A DNA stretch of 64,000 nucleotides, taken from positions 6,780 through 70,779 of the forward strand of contig WGLR01000011.1 in NCBI GenBank assembly GCA_016125475.1, in the 5' to 3' direction. Position numbers and translations under genes: made by a program. The stretch comes from Betaproteobacteria bacterium. GTDB lineage: Bacteria > Pseudomonadota > Gammaproteobacteria > Burkholderiales > Ga0077523. Below the pieces are notes generated by a model that was not told where the DNA came from, did not search any database, and was given only the letters and a program-made list of their open reading frames with translations. Below are positions 1 to 10,365 of this stretch, one piece after another; the first letter of the stretch is position 1, and every line of letters starts with the position of its first letter.

Positions 1-261
1 TTCACGCCGGAGGCAGGCATGGTGGAGCGCGGCCGGAAGGTCGTCGAAGATGCGCTCTGCACGATGTGCCACCTGGGCGGCTTCTCGGGACAGAACGAGG
101 TACCTCGCGTGGCCGGGCAGCACCAGCAGTACATCTACAAGCAGCTCATGGCCTTCAAGAACGGCGAGCGGACGAACTTCCCGGACATGACGTCCTACGT
201 GAAATCCATACCCGAGAAGGACATCAAGGCCATCTCGGAATATATTGCGAACCTCAACTGA
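1..261 (+). CDS. class I c-type cytochrome, C-terminal part (5' end outside window)
   Basis: Frame 1 is open from nt 1. It has a CTMCH heme-binding CXXCH motif and a short cytochrome c4/c553-like tail. Confidence 0.75.
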   Translation, partial: FTPEAGMVERGRKVVEDALCTMCHLGGFSGQNEVPRVAGQHQQYIYKQLMAFKNGERTNFPDMTSYVKSIPEKDIKAISEYIANLN

Positions 262-293
262 TCGTCCGGCGACTGCCACGGAGAAGCGGGTCG

Positions 294-1139
294 ATGCACG
301 AAGCGCGTCTGAAATGCCTGGGCCCTCACGGGTTCCACTCGATCCGGTACTGCGAGTGGGGTGACGCGGCCGATCCGCACGTGGTCTTCTGCGTGCACGG
401 CCTCACGCGAAACGCGCACGATTTCGACGTGCTCGCCGAGCGCCTGTCCACCCGATGTCGGGTGATCTGCCCGGACATCGCAGGCCGCGGCGGCAGCGAC
501 TGGCTGCCCGAGAAGTCCGACTACGGCTACCCGCTGTATCTCGCCGACATGGCGGCGCTCTTCGCGCGGTCCGGTGCCGAGCGCATCGACTGGGTCGGAA
601 CTTCCATGGGAGGGCTGATCGGGATGCTTCTGGCAGCCCTGCCGGATGCACCCGTCCGGCGCCTCGTGGTGAACGACGTCGGGCCCTTCATCCCCCGTAG
701 CGCGCTCGAGCGCATCGCTGCGTACGTCGGCCGGGATCAGCGCTTCGTGAACATGGCCGAACTCGAGGCGTACCTGCGGCGCGTTCACGAGCCGTTCGGA
801 CCGCTCACCGACGCCCAGTGGACGCATCTCGCCACGCACTCTGCCCGCCCGGTCGATGGCGACAGGCTGGCGCTCGCCTACGATCCCGGCATTGCCGAAG
901 CTTTCCGGGGTGCCATCCAGGATGTGGACCTCTGGTCCCTCTGGGATCAGCTTCGCTGCCAGGTACTGGTCACGCGAGGGAAAGACTCCGACCTGCTGCT
1001 GCCCGACACTGCCGCGGACATGGTGAGGCGAGGCCCCCCGGGAACGCGGGTCGTCGAATTTCCGGGTGTCGGCCACGCACCGACGTTCATGGCCGACGAC
1101 CAGATCAGGGTCATCGAGGAATTTCTGTTCGACTCCTGA
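294..1139 (+). CDS. alpha/beta-fold hydrolase
   Basis: Internal ATG at 294 of ORF 66..1139. HGLTRNAHDF oxyanion region, GTSMGG nucleophile elbow (GXSXG) and a C-terminal GHAP histidine motif. The upstream part of the ORF overlaps the cytochrome gene and looks non-coding. Confidence 0.8.
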   Translation: MHEARLKCLGPHGFHSIRYCEWGDAADPHVVFCVHGLTRNAHDFDVLAERLSTRCRVICPDIAGRGGSDWLPEKSDYGYPLYLADMAALFARSGAERIDWVGTSMGGLIGMLLAALPDAPVRRLVVNDVGPFIPRSALERIAAYVGRDQRFVNMAELEAYLRRVHEPFGPLTDAQWTHLATHSARPVDGDRLALAYDPGIAEAFRGAIQDVDLWSLWDQLRCQVLVTRGKDSDLLLPDTAADMVRRGPPGTRVVEFPGVGHAPTFMADDQIRVIEEFLFDS

Positions 1140-1280
1140 TGGCCCTCCGCGCAGACGCCGTCCTTTTTCCCGCACTCGCCCCTCGTCGACACCGATCTGC
1201 GCGACGATGCTCGAGGGGGTCGATGACCTGCCTCGCGCTGCACACCCGACGAGCCTGCCTCCGCAACGCGCGCCGCGATC

Positions 1281-2168
1281 ATGCTGGCGATTGACTGGGG
1301 CACCTCTTCCCTGCGCGCATACCGCGTGGCGCGCGGCGGCGCGATCGAGGAACGCCGGGAAGCGCCTCTCGGCATCCTGGCCGTAAAGGACGGGGCGTTC
1401 GAGGAAGCACTGTCTTCGCTGGTGGGTGACTGGATCGCCGACGGCGTTCGCCCCATCGTGATGAGCGGCATGATCGGGAGCCGTCAGGGCTGGCGCGAGG
1501 TCCCTTACGTCGCGACGCCCGCCGGCCCCCTGGAACTTGCGGACGGTCTCCTCGAGGTCGCGTGCGGTTCTTCGGCATCCGCCTTCATCGTTCCGGGACT
1601 GACGACCGTCGGCGAGGAAGGCGTTCACGACGTGATGCGCGGCGAGGAAACGCAGATCATCGGCGCACTCGCTCGCCTCGGCGACGGTCGACACGTGATC
1701 TGCCTGCCCGGCACGCACCGCCAGTGGGCGGTCGTCGAACACGGAAAGATCACGGGCTTCCGTACGCACATGACCGGCGAGATGTACGCGGTCCTGCGCA
1801 CCCACAGCATCCTGGGCCGCACGATCACGCCCGGCCCGGGTTTCGACCGCACAGCCTTCGAATGCGGCGTGCGCCGATCCGCGGACGGCGGAGGCCTCCT
1901 CCATCAGCTTTTCGGTGTGCGGGCCGAGGCGCTGGCCGGCGTACTGGAGCCTCGCAGTTCGGCCGACTACCTTTCCGGTCTCCTCGTGGGCAGCGAACTG
2001 CGTGCGGAAGCCCCCTCCGGCACGGTACGTCTGCTCGGTGCCGCGGACCTCGTTGCGCGATATGCCGTGGCATGCGAGATTCTGAGCCTGTCGAGCCAGA
2101 CGCTCGACACCGACAGCGTGGTTCCGGGTCTGTACCGTGTCGCCTCCGCCCGGGGGCTCGTCACTTGA
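1281..2168 (+). CDS. dgoK: 2-dehydro-3-deoxygalactonokinase
   Basis: IDWGTSSLRAY, VMRGEETQIIGA, LPGTHRQW, FRTHMTGEMYAVL and QLFGVRAE blocks align with E. coli DgoK as I recall it. Confidence 0.85.
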   Translation: MLAIDWGTSSLRAYRVARGGAIEERREAPLGILAVKDGAFEEALSSLVGDWIADGVRPIVMSGMIGSRQGWREVPYVATPAGPLELADGLLEVACGSSASAFIVPGLTTVGEEGVHDVMRGEETQIIGALARLGDGRHVICLPGTHRQWAVVEHGKITGFRTHMTGEMYAVLRTHSILGRTITPGPGFDRTAFECGVRRSADGGGLLHQLFGVRAEALAGVLEPRSSADYLSGLLVGSELRAEAPSGTVRLLGAADLVARYAVACEILSLSSQTLDTDSVVPGLYRVASARGLVT

Positions 2169-2179
2169 AGGAGAACGCG

Positions 2180-2818
2180 ATGTCTTTCCGGGAATGGCTG
2201 GGACGCTGCCCCCTCGTGGCCATCCTGCGCGGCGTCAAGCCATCGGAAGTGGTGCGGATCGTGACAGCCCTGTACGAATCCGGAATACGCATCGTGGAAG
2301 TGCCGATGAACTCTCCCGATCCGCTCGCAAGCATCGCGCTGCTTGCCGGCCGGTTCGGCGACGACATGCTCGTCGGCGCGGGAACCGTGCTCGAGGCCAG
2401 ACAGGTCGAGCGCATCTCCGATGCGGGCGGCAAGCTGGTCGTCATGCCGCACGCCGACACGACCATCGTCGCGTCAGCCAGGGAACTGGGTCTGTTCGTC
2501 GTGCCCGGATTCAGCACCCCGACCGAGGCCTTCGCGTCTCTGGCTGCCGGCGCCGATGCACTGAAGCTGTTTCCTGCAGAAGCCAACCCGCCGGCGGTCC
2601 TGAAGGCCATGCGCGCCGTCCTTCCACCGGATGTCCCGGTACTCCCCGTCGGTTCGATATCTCCGACGAACATGGCCGAGTACTGGTCGGCAGGTGCGAG
2701 CGGTTTCGGCCTGGGTTCGTCGCTGTACCGACCCGGTGCGGACGTCGACACCGTCGCGGCCAACGCGACCACGTTCGTTTCCACGATCCGCCTGCTGGAA
2801 CGCCGGACGGCCGCCTGA
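2180..2818 (+). CDS. dgoA: 2-dehydro-3-deoxy-6-phosphogalactonate aldolase
   Basis: ATG at 2180 preceded by GAAGGAGA. KDPG/KDPGal aldolase-like sequence (PLVAILRG..., EVPMNSP, GAGTVL, KLFPA). Lies directly downstream of dgoK. Confidence 0.85.
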   Translation: MSFREWLGRCPLVAILRGVKPSEVVRIVTALYESGIRIVEVPMNSPDPLASIALLAGRFGDDMLVGAGTVLEARQVERISDAGGKLVVMPHADTTIVASARELGLFVVPGFSTPTEAFASLAAGADALKLFPAEANPPAVLKAMRAVLPPDVPVLPVGSISPTNMAEYWSAGASGFGLGSSLYRPGADVDTVAANATTFVSTIRLLERRTAA

Positions 2819-2893
2819 CGCGCGTAGCGGCCCTGCGGCTGTCTCACACGCCCGGGCGAGTGCACCGATGGCACGCCGCCCGCGCGCGCTTCC

Positions 2894-4375
2894 TCAGATG
2901 CCGCCCAGACAGACGTACTTCATCTCGAGAAACTCGTCGATGCCGTACCGCGAGCCCTCGCGACCCAGCCCGGACTGCTTCACGCCCCCGAAAGGGCCGA
3001 CCTCGTTCGAGATGATGCCCACGTTCACGCCGACGATGCCCGACTCGAGGCCCTCGGACACGCGCCACACGCGCGCGACGTCACGCGCGTAGAAGTAGGC
3101 GGCCAGCCCGAACTCCGTGTCGTTCGCCATCGCGATCGCTTCGTCGTCGGTCCTGAACTTGAAGACCGGTGCGACGGGACCGAAGGTCTCCTCGGACGAG
3201 ACCTTCATGTCGCGGGTCACGTTCGCGATCACGGTCGGCTCGTAGAACAGTCCTCCGAGGGCATGGCGCTTGCCGCCGACCACGACTCGCCCGCCCTTCT
3301 CCAGCGCATCGCTCACGTGTTCCTCGACCTTCGCGACGGCCGCCTCGTCGATGAGGGGTCCCGTGGTGATGCCCGCCTCCGCACCGTTGCCGACGGTCAG
3401 GGAGGACTTCACCTTGTCCGCAAGCCTGCTCACGAATGCGTCGTAGACGCCCTCCTGCACGATGAGGCGATTCGCACAGACACACGTCTGTCCGGCGTTG
3501 CGGTACTTCGAGGCCATCGCACCCTCGATAGCCGCATCGAGGTCGGCGTCGTCGAACACGATGAACGGAGCGTTGCCGCCGAGTTCCAGCGAGAGTTTCT
3601 TGATCGTCGGCGCGCACTGCGCCATGAGTTTCCGTCCGACCTCGGTGGAACCGGTGAACGTGAGCTTGCGCACGATCGGGTTGCCGGTCATCTCCGCACC
3701 GATCTCCGACGAACTTCCCGTGACGACACTGAAGACGCCCTTAGGAATGCCCGCACGGTCCGCGAGTTCGGCCAGTGCGAGTGCGGAGAACGGTGTCTGT
3801 GTCGCGGGCTTGAGCACCATCACGCACCCGGCCGCGAGCGCGGGACCGGCCTTGCGCGTGATCATCGCGGCAGGGAAGTTCCAGGGTGTTATCGCGGCGC
3901 ACACCCCGATGGGCTGCTTCATGACGACGATGCGCTTGTCCCCCTGTGGATGGGGCATGATGTCGCCGTAGATGCGCTTGCCTTCCTCGGCAAACCACTC
4001 GATGAACGAGGCCGCATAGGCGATTTCGCCCTTCGCTTCTGCGAGAGGCTTGCCCTGCTCCGCCGTCATGATGATTGCCAGATCGTCCTGATTGGCCATC
4101 ATGAGTTCGAACCACTTGCGCAGGACCAGCGCGCGCTCCTTGCCGGTCTTCGTCCGCCATGCGCGCCAGGCCGTCTCCGCGGCCTCGATCGCGCGGCGCG
4201 TCTCGGCCGCCGCCATGCGCGGGATGGTGCCGAGCAGCGATCCGTTGGCGGGGTTCACGACGGGAATCGTCGCGCCGCCGTCGGCGTCACACCACTGACC
4301 GTCGACGTAGCACTGCTGGCGCAACAGCGAAGGGTCTTTCAACTCGAGCTTCTGGGTGGACAGGGGCGCATTCAT
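2894..4375 (-). CDS. gabD: NAD(P)-dependent succinate-semialdehyde dehydrogenase / aldehyde dehydrogenase family
   Basis: 493 aa from the internal ATG at 4375 (MNAPLSTQKL...). ALDH signatures ITPWNFP, FTGST.VG, LELGGNAP and EETFGP, with the catalytic Cys in GQTCVCANR. Confidence 0.9.
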   Translation of the reverse strand: MNAPLSTQKLELKDPSLLRQQCYVDGQWCDADGGATIPVVNPANGSLLGTIPRMAAAETRRAIEAAETAWRAWRTKTGKERALVLRKWFELMMANQDDLAIIMTAEQGKPLAEAKGEIAYAASFIEWFAEEGKRIYGDIMPHPQGDKRIVVMKQPIGVCAAITPWNFPAAMITRKAGPALAAGCVMVLKPATQTPFSALALAELADRAGIPKGVFSVVTGSSSEIGAEMTGNPIVRKLTFTGSTEVGRKLMAQCAPTIKKLSLELGGNAPFIVFDDADLDAAIEGAMASKYRNAGQTCVCANRLIVQEGVYDAFVSRLADKVKSSLTVGNGAEAGITTGPLIDEAAVAKVEEHVSDALEKGGRVVVGGKRHALGGLFYEPTVIANVTRDMKVSSEETFGPVAPVFKFRTDDEAIAMANDTEFGLAAYFYARDVARVWRVSEGLESGIVGVNVGIISNEVGPFGGVKQSGLGREGSRYGIDEFLEMKYVCLGGI

Positions 4376-4448
4376 TGGCCGGACTCCTTTGACCGAAAGT
4401 GATGTCGATCGCGGCGGGACCGCTCTGCGCGAGCGGCCCGCCGCACTG

Positions 4449-5228
4449 TCAGAACGTACCCGGGTAGGCACCACCGTCTATCAGAAAGTTCTGCCCGGTC
4501 ACGTATGACGTATGTGCACTGCAGATGTACGCGCACATCGCGCCGAATTCGTCGGGGTCGCCGAACCGCCCGGCAGGCACGGTCTTCAGCCGGGCCGCCT
4601 TGGCGTCCTCGAACGACATCTTGCTGTTCCGGGCCGCGGCTTCCACCCGCGAGAACATCGTGTCGGTCGCAAACACCCCGGGCAGCAGATTGTTGATCGT
4701 GACGTTGTGCACGATGGTCTTCCGCGCGATGCCCGCCACGAAGCCGGTGAGGCCCGACCGCGCGCCGTTCGAGAGCCCCAGGATGTCGATCGGTGCCTTC
4801 ACGGCGCTCGACGTGATGTTCACGATGCGGCCGAACCTGCGCGCGATCATGCCGTCGACGGTTGCCTTGATCATCTCGATGGGCGTGAGCATGTTCGCGT
4901 CGAGCGCCTTGATCCAGATGTCGCGATCCCACTCGCGAAAGTCACCGGGAGGCGGGCCGCCCGCGTTGTTGATCAGGATGTCCGGTTCGGGACACGCGGC
5001 GAGCGCGGCCTGGCGCCCGTCCGGCGTCGTGATGTCGGCTGCGATGGTCGTCACGCGGACCCCGGTTTCCGAACGGATGTCCTCGGCGGTCTTCTCGAGA
5101 GCCTCGCGGCCCCGCGCAATGATGGTGACCTCGACCCCTTCCCGTGCGAGCGCCAGTGCACAGCCCCGTCCGAGGCCCTTGCTGCCTGCGCAAACGATCG
5201 CTTTCCTGCCCTTGATTCCCAGATCCAC
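4449..5228 (-). CDS. SDR-family oxidoreductase
   Basis: N-terminal GSKGLG Rossmann motif, NNAG motif and typical SDR length (259 aa). Confidence 0.85.
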   Translation of the reverse strand: MDLGIKGRKAIVCAGSKGLGRGCALALAREGVEVTIIARGREALEKTAEDIRSETGVRVTTIAADITTPDGRQAALAACPEPDILINNAGGPPPGDFREWDRDIWIKALDANMLTPIEMIKATVDGMIARRFGRIVNITSSAVKAPIDILGLSNGARSGLTGFVAGIARKTIVHNVTINNLLPGVFATDTMFSRVEAAARNSKMSFEDAKAARLKTVPAGRFGDPDEFGAMCAYICSAHTSYVTGQNFLIDGGAYPGTF

Positions 5229-5358
5229 GTTCGGTTCTCCTGATCGAATGCCGCGAAATTGTCACGACAGGGTAGTTAAATTACCTCGGCGAAGGGCCGT
5301 AATGCTGACTTAAGGATGACGGGTTTGCAAACGTCCCATGGTTATAATCCGGAGCTTC

Positions 5359-6147
5359 ATGGCCCAGGTTTCTGAAATCGCCAGCCTCCCCCGCGTGCGC
5401 TCGATGCTCTCGGTGTGCGTGGGCGCACTGCTCTCGTTCGGTTGCGCCACCAATCGACCGCCGACACCGGGCGACCCGTTCGAGCCGGTCAACCGCGCCA
5501 TCTACAAGTTCAACGACAAGGCCGACAAGTACGTCGCCAAGCCGGTCGCGAAGTTCTACGTTCACGTCGTCCCGCAGTTCGCGCGCACCGGAATCCACAA
5601 TTTCTTCAACAACCTCGGCGACGTCGTCGTACTCGTCAACGACCTGCTCCAGCTCAAGTTCACGGAGGCGTCGCGCGACAGCGTGCGCGTCGTCGCGAAC
5701 ACGACCTTCGGTGGGCTCGGTTTCGTCGACGTGGCAGGCATGAGGGGGTTGCGCCGCCGCGACGAGGATTTCGGTCAGACTCTGGGCTACTGGGGCGTCG
5801 GACCGGGTCCCTACCTCATTCTCCCGTTCCTCGGGCCCAGCACGGTGCGCGACGGCATCGGCACGTACGTGGACAGTTATCCCGACCTCCTCTGGAAGCT
5901 TCCGAACGTGCCCGTGCGCAATTCTGCTGCCGGGCTGCGGCTCGTCGACACGCGCGCGAGTCTTCTGCCGACGGAGCGCGTGTTCCGCCAGGCCGCGGTG
6001 GACCCTTACTCGTTCCTGCGGGATGCCTACCTGCAGCGGCGGATCAATCAGATCTACGACGGCAATCCTCCGCGATCGAGCGAGGAACTCGACGATCTCG
6101 AGGATCCGGGCGAAGGTTCGGCGGACGACCCCGCGCCGTCGAAATAG
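5359..6147 (+). CDS. mlaA: MlaA/VacJ-family outer-membrane lipoprotein
   Basis: Lipobox LSFGC, then DPFEPVNR..FN and GYWG.GPGPYLILPFLGPSTVRD blocks typical of VacJ/MlaA. Start chosen at the ATG with GGAG 4 nt upstream; 5338 and 5404 are alternatives. Confidence 0.85.
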   Translation: MAQVSEIASLPRVRSMLSVCVGALLSFGCATNRPPTPGDPFEPVNRAIYKFNDKADKYVAKPVAKFYVHVVPQFARTGIHNFFNNLGDVVVLVNDLLQLKFTEASRDSVRVVANTTFGGLGFVDVAGMRGLRRRDEDFGQTLGYWGVGPGPYLILPFLGPSTVRDGIGTYVDSYPDLLWKLPNVPVRNSAAGLRLVDTRASLLPTERVFRQAAVDPYSFLRDAYLQRRINQIYDGNPPRSSEELDDLEDPGEGSADDPAPSK

Positions 6148-6186
6148 CGAGGTCAGGCCGCCCGTCCCCTGGAAGCCGGGTGGCCC

Positions 6187-7137
6187 CTACCCGGCGCGCC
6201 TGATGCGCCAGCAGCGATGGATGCTCCGGTTCCGGAAATCCTCGGGGACCGTCCGATCGGTGATGTCCTCGACAGCGAGGCCGGGGAGGTCGGGCGAAAG
6301 CCGGAATCCGGTCAGATTGCACGAGAAGAACAGTTCTCCCCCGGGCGCGAGCAGGCTCGCAGCGGCACCGATGACACCCGGATGATCCCGCTGGACGTCG
6401 AACACGCCCACCATGCGCTTCGAACTCGAGTAGGCCGGAGGATCCAGGACGATGCAGTCGAACCGTCGACCTCCCGCCTGCGCCTCGGTCAACCATGTCC
6501 GGGCATCGGCACGAACGAGGCTGTGCCGATCGTCCAGCAGACCATTGGCCGCGAGATTGCGGCGCGCCCAGTCGAGGTAGGTTCTGGACAGGTCGACGCT
6601 CACGGTCGACGCTGCCCCGCCGGCCGCGGCGTGAACCGTGAAGCTGCCCGTGTAGCAGAAAAGGTTCAGGAAGTGTCCCCCGCGTACGCGCCCACCCACC
6701 AGCGCGCGAAGGGGCCGGTGATCGAGGAACAGCCCCGTGTCGAGGTACGTCTCGAGATTCACGAGAAAGCGCAGCCCGCCTTCCAGAACGCAGAATTCGC
6801 TCCCACCCGCTTCGCTGCGCTCGTGCTGCCCGGTCCTCCGGTCGACCTTTGCGCGTGTGCGCGCCACGACGTCCGACCGCGCGATGCCCACGGCATCCGC
6901 CGCGCACTGCGCAACCTCCTCCAGCCAGCCCGGCGCGACGTGCTCGCCGCGACGGACGTACTGCTGAAGCAGTGCCTTGGGACCGTAGACGTCCAGGGCA
7001 AATGCCATTTCCGGAATGTCGCGATCGTAGAGGCGGAAGCAGTCCGTCTGCGACTGACGTGCCCACCGGCGCAGGTGTCGATGGCGCTTCGCCACGCGAT
7101 TCCCGAAAGCGGCGAGGAGATCCCCGGATGCGGCCAT
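6187..7137 (-). CDS. class I SAM-dependent 23S rRNA methyltransferase, RlmK-like (C-terminal half of E. coli RlmKL)
   Basis: 316 aa from the ATG at 7137. CFRLYDRDIPE, VNL..YLDTGLFLDHR, FLNLF.YTGS.TVHAA, DPP..S.SKRM..FDVQRDH and IHRCW blocks match the m7G2069 methyltransferase half of RlmKL as I recall it. Confidence 0.8.
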   Translation of the reverse strand: MAASGDLLAAFGNRVAKRHRHLRRWARQSQTDCFRLYDRDIPEMAFALDVYGPKALLQQYVRRGEHVAPGWLEEVAQCAADAVGIARSDVVARTRAKVDRRTGQHERSEAGGSEFCVLEGGLRFLVNLETYLDTGLFLDHRPLRALVGGRVRGGHFLNLFCYTGSFTVHAAAGGAASTVSVDLSRTYLDWARRNLAANGLLDDRHSLVRADARTWLTEAQAGGRRFDCIVLDPPAYSSSKRMVGVFDVQRDHPGVIGAAASLLAPGGELFFSCNLTGFRLSPDLPGLAVEDITDRTVPEDFRNRSIHRCWRIRRAG

Positions 7138-8051
7138 CAGACAGCCGCGCGCCCGCGCTGGCGGGTCGCGAGAACGATGCCCGTGAAGATCAGGGCCATC
7201 CCGGCGTAGTGAAACGACCTCGGTGGCTCCGCGAGGAACACCGTCGACAGCAGGATGCCGAACACCGGAACGAGGTGAACGAAGACGCCGGCCCGCGTGG
7301 GACCGATCGCGGCCACGCCGCGGTTGTAGCAGACGAAAGCCACGACCGACGGAAAGACGCCGAAATATGCAATGGCGCCGGCCGTCGCAGGCGTCAGCGA
7401 GAGCCTGGCTCCCCCGGCGACTTCCACCAGATACCACGCGAGCAGCAACGGCCAGCCGAACATCAGGATCGTTGCGAGAAAGGGCACCATGCCCAGCCCC
7501 GCCGGGCGGAAGCGCAGCAGGACCGTGTAGAGCGCCCAGAGGACCATCGCCGCCAGCAGCCAGACATCGCCCTGGTTGAACGAGAACGCCGCGATCCGGC
7601 GCAGATCGCCATGCGCCACGATCACGACCACACCGAACAGGGAGCAGACGATGCCCACCACCTGTGCCGGCGTCGTCCGCTCCCCGATGAGCACCCACGC
7701 GATCGGGAGAATGAAGACAGGCACGATGGAATTGAACAGCGTGGCGTTCGTGGCGGTCGTCATCGTCAGCCCGATGTAGCACATCGTGTTGAAGCACCCT
7801 ATGCCGACGATGCCCATCGCGGCCAGCACGGGCCAGGCGCGCAGAATCTCCCGACGCTGCCGCCAGACCTGTTCCCACGCGAACGGCAGGATGAGTCCGA
7901 ACGCGATCGTCCAGCGCCAAAAAGCCATCGCGACGGGAGGAATGTCGCCGCGCATGCCGCGCCCGATGACCATGTTCCCGGCCCAGAACAGGCTCGCCAG
8001 GCACAGGAGCGCGTAGGGCGACCGGGAGGCCGCCCGCGTATGGGCACGCAT
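7137..8051 (-). CDS. DMT-superfamily (EamA-like) transporter
   Basis: 304 aa, about 10 hydrophobic segments, duplicated EamA-type architecture. The start at 8051 overlaps the upstream stop by 1 nt (TGATG). Confidence 0.8.
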   Translation of the reverse strand: MRAHTRAASRSPYALLCLASLFWAGNMVIGRGMRGDIPPVAMAFWRWTIAFGLILPFAWEQVWRQRREILRAWPVLAAMGIVGIGCFNTMCYIGLTMTTATNATLFNSIVPVFILPIAWVLIGERTTPAQVVGIVCSLFGVVVIVAHGDLRRIAAFSFNQGDVWLLAAMVLWALYTVLLRFRPAGLGMVPFLATILMFGWPLLLAWYLVEVAGGARLSLTPATAGAIAYFGVFPSVVAFVCYNRGVAAIGPTRAGVFVHLVPVFGILLSTVFLAEPPRSFHYAGMALIFTGIVLATRQRGRAAV

Positions 8052-8890
8052 CAGTTCAGACGCGCGGCGGCCTTGCGCATCTCCAGGACGCGATCGCGAA
8101 TGGGATCCGCATCGGAAGCGTCCGGCACGGCGCGAAGATAGGCCTCGAAGTCGCTCAGCGCGGCCCGGAAGCACTCGAGATCCTCGTAGACGAGCCCGCG
8201 GTCACGGAGCTCCTGCGGAACGTCGGGCACCAGGTGCACGAGCCACTCGATCACGTCGAGTGCTTCCACCGACTGTTTCGCCTTGAGATGGATCGCCTTC
8301 AGGTTGCGCAGCATGCGGGCCACGATCTCGCGAGAGGACGCCGCCTCGAGGAGTTCCACGAGGGAGTCGTTCGACACCTCCCCGGATTGCGAGCTGCGCA
8401 GGCGGTCGCCGAGTTCCTCGAGCGAGAGGGACACGCCGCGATGATAGGCGTCGATCACCACGACGCCCTGATCCACGTAGCACTTCAGCAGGAAGTGGCC
8501 TGGAAAGGAGACGCCCTCGACGTCCAGGTCGAGTCTGCGTCCGATCGCGATGTAGAGAATGGAGAGCGTGATCGGAATGCCGAGGCGACGGTCCATCACG
8601 TCGTTCAGGAAACTGTTGCGCGGATCGTAGTAGTTGTCTGCGTCGGGACCGAAGCCGAGCTCGCCGAAGAGGTAGTCGTTGATGCCCGCGAGCCGCTGCT
8701 GCTCGCTGCTTTCCTCCGGGATTCGATCGCGGATCGCCTCGGCCATCCTGTCGATCTCGGCGAGGTAACGGGCGATGTCGAGATCGGGATACCGGAGAGT
8801 CGCGACGAGCAGCGCGGCCTCCGCGAGATCCGTGGCCGCATTCTCTTCATCGACGAGCGCCAGTAGACGCTCCGGCATCGGCATCGGCAT
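8051..8890 (-). CDS. SirB1/YchA-family protein (transglutaminase-like N-terminal region plus TPR-like C-terminus)
   Basis: 279 aa from MPMPMPERLL. GIPITLSILY..IGRRLGL...GV.FPGHFLL block typical of the SirB1 family. The upstream extension of the ORF overlaps rhlE and is rejected. Confidence 0.75.
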   Translation of the reverse strand: MPMPMPERLLALVDEENAATDLAEAALLVATLRYPDLDIARYLAEIDRMAEAIRDRIPEESSEQQRLAGINDYLFGELGFGPDADNYYDPRNSFLNDVMDRRLGIPITLSILYIAIGRRLDLDVEGVSFPGHFLLKCYVDQGVVVIDAYHRGVSLSLEELGDRLRSSQSGEVSNDSLVELLEAASSREIVARMLRNLKAIHLKAKQSVEALDVIEWLVHLVPDVPQELRDRGLVYEDLECFRAALSDFEAYLRAVPDASDADPIRDRVLEMRKAAARLN

Positions 8891-8919
8891 GTCGGCGGCA
8901 GAGGAGTGTCGGAGGGTGG

Positions 8920-10365
8920 TCAGCTTCTCGAGGGTGAACTGCTGTCGGGCCTGGGCTTCAGCAATGCGGGCACCGGCCGTGCGGCCTGACCACGCACCGT
9001 CGGTTGCGTGTTGTTCCGGCTGGCCGTCGTCGTCGATGACGCGCGCGGCGCAGGCTCGTACGGCTTGCCGAACAGGGGATCCTGCTTCCCCTGCTGCTCG
9101 GCGGACCGGCCCGACCGGGGCGGCGTACCGCCCGATCCGGTTTCCGCGTGCCGCCGCGAGGGGCGCGAGCTCTGGCCGCCGCGCGGCCCGCGGGAAGGCC
9201 GGTCGTCGCGGCGCGACTCCGCCTGCGGGTCGAAGCCCGCGAGCGTATGGACCTCGATGGGCGTCTTCAGCAGTTTCTCGATCCGCTCGAGAAGTTCGCC
9301 CTCGGCGCTGCACACGAGAGAGATCGCCTGCCCTGTCTGACCCGCGCGGCCGGTGCGACCGATACGGTGAACGTAGTCCTCCGGTGTGTGGGGCAGTTCG
9401 TAGTTGATGACGCAGGGCAGCTGCTCGATATCCAGGCCCCGCGCCGCAATGTCCGTCGCGACGAGCACATTCACCTTGCCGGCCTTGAAGTCCTGGAGGG
9501 CTTCGGTACGTTCGGCCTGCGTCCGGTTGCTGTGGATCGCTGTCGCGTTCAGACCGTCGCGGACGAGCTGATGAGCCAGGCGGTTCGCACCGAATCGTGT
9601 GCGCACGAACACCAGCACCTGTTTCATGTCCTGATCGACGATGAGCTTGTGCAGCAGGTCGCGCTTCGCGGGCTCGGGAACCTTGTAGACCGCGTGGGAC
9701 ACGGTTTCCGTGACGGCGTTGCGACGCGCGACCTCGACGAGGACCGGCTGGTTCAGCATTCCGTCGGCGAGCTTGCGAATCTCCTCGGAGAACGTCGCCG
9801 AGAAAAGGAGACTCTGTCTGGTCTTCGGCAACAGTGACAGGATCCGCCGGATGTCGGGCATGAATCCCATGTCGAGCATCCGGTCCGCCTCGTCGAGGAC
9901 GAGGATCTCCACCAGGTTCAACTGCACCGTCTTCTGCTGCACGTGATCGAGGAGACGACCGGGCGTCGCGACGAGAATCTCGACACCGGCCCTGAGATCC
10001 CGGGTCTGGGGAGCGATGTCCACCCCGCCGTAGACGACGGTGTTGCGCAGGAGCAGGTACTTGGAATACGCCTGGACGCTTTCGTGGACCTGGGCGGCCA
10101 GTTCGCGTGTCGGCGTGAGGATCAGGGCACGTACGGGATGTCGCGCCGGCGACATGCTGGCGTTGCCATACCCCCGGAGCCGCTGGAGAAGGGGCAGCGT
10201 GAACCCGGCGGTCTTGCCCGTGCCTGTCTGCGCGGCACCCATGACGTCCTGGCCCAGCAGTACCGGCGGGATGGCCTTGGCTTGAATGGGGGTGGGCTCG
10301 GTATAGCCCTGGTCTGCGACGGCTCGCAACAACTCGTCCGCGAGCCCGAGGTCCTTAAACTGCAT
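8920..10365 (-). CDS. rhlE: DEAD-box ATP-dependent RNA helicase
   Basis: Q-motif (YTEPTPIQ), [15 protein letters not shown] and [10 protein letters not shown] motifs, plus an Arg/Ser/Gly-rich C-terminal tail. Confidence 0.92.
   Translation of the reverse strand: MQFKDLGLADELLRAVADQGYTEPTPIQAKAIPPVLLGQDVMGAAQTGTGKTAGFTLPLLQRLRGYGNASMSPARHPVRALILTPTRELAAQVHESVQAYSKYLLLRNTVVYGGVDIAPQTRDLRAGVEILVATPGRLLDHVQQKTVQLNLVEILVLDEADRMLDMGFMPDIRRILSLLPKTRQSLLFSATFSEEIRKLADGMLNQPVLVEVARRNAVTETVSHAVYKVPEPAKRDLLHKLIVDQDMKQVLVFVRTRFGANRLAHQLVRDGLNATAIHSNRTQAERTEALQDFKAGKVNVLVATDIAARGLDIEQLPCVINYELPHTPEDYVHRIGRTGRAGQTGQAISLVCSAEGELLERIEKLLKTPIEVHTLAGFDPQAESRRDDRPSRGPRGGQSSRPSRRHAETGSGGTPPRSGRSAEQQGKQDPLFGKPYEPAPRASSTTTASRNNTQPTVRGQAARPVPALLKPRPDSSSPSRS

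Noticed and set aside
195-1904. Very long ORFs antisense to or out of frame with recognised genes, for example 195..1904(-), 14394..15719(+), 21888..23135(+), 28943..31117(+), 50992..53286(+), 56715..58937(+), and many Arg/Pro/Gly-rich ORFs of 60-400 aa throughout the track.
   Set aside because: These are the expected open-frame artefact of a genome with about 67% G+C. Their translations are low-complexity (R/P/G/A-rich). Each overlaps a gene with clear family signatures on the other strand or in another frame.
5343-5348. Perfect TATAAT hexamer 11 nt upstream of the proposed mlaA ATG.
   Set aside because: There is no acceptable -35 element at 16-18 nt spacing. It would also leave almost no leader for the GGAG RBS. 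It could be a leaderless-type promoter, but that is too speculative to annotate.
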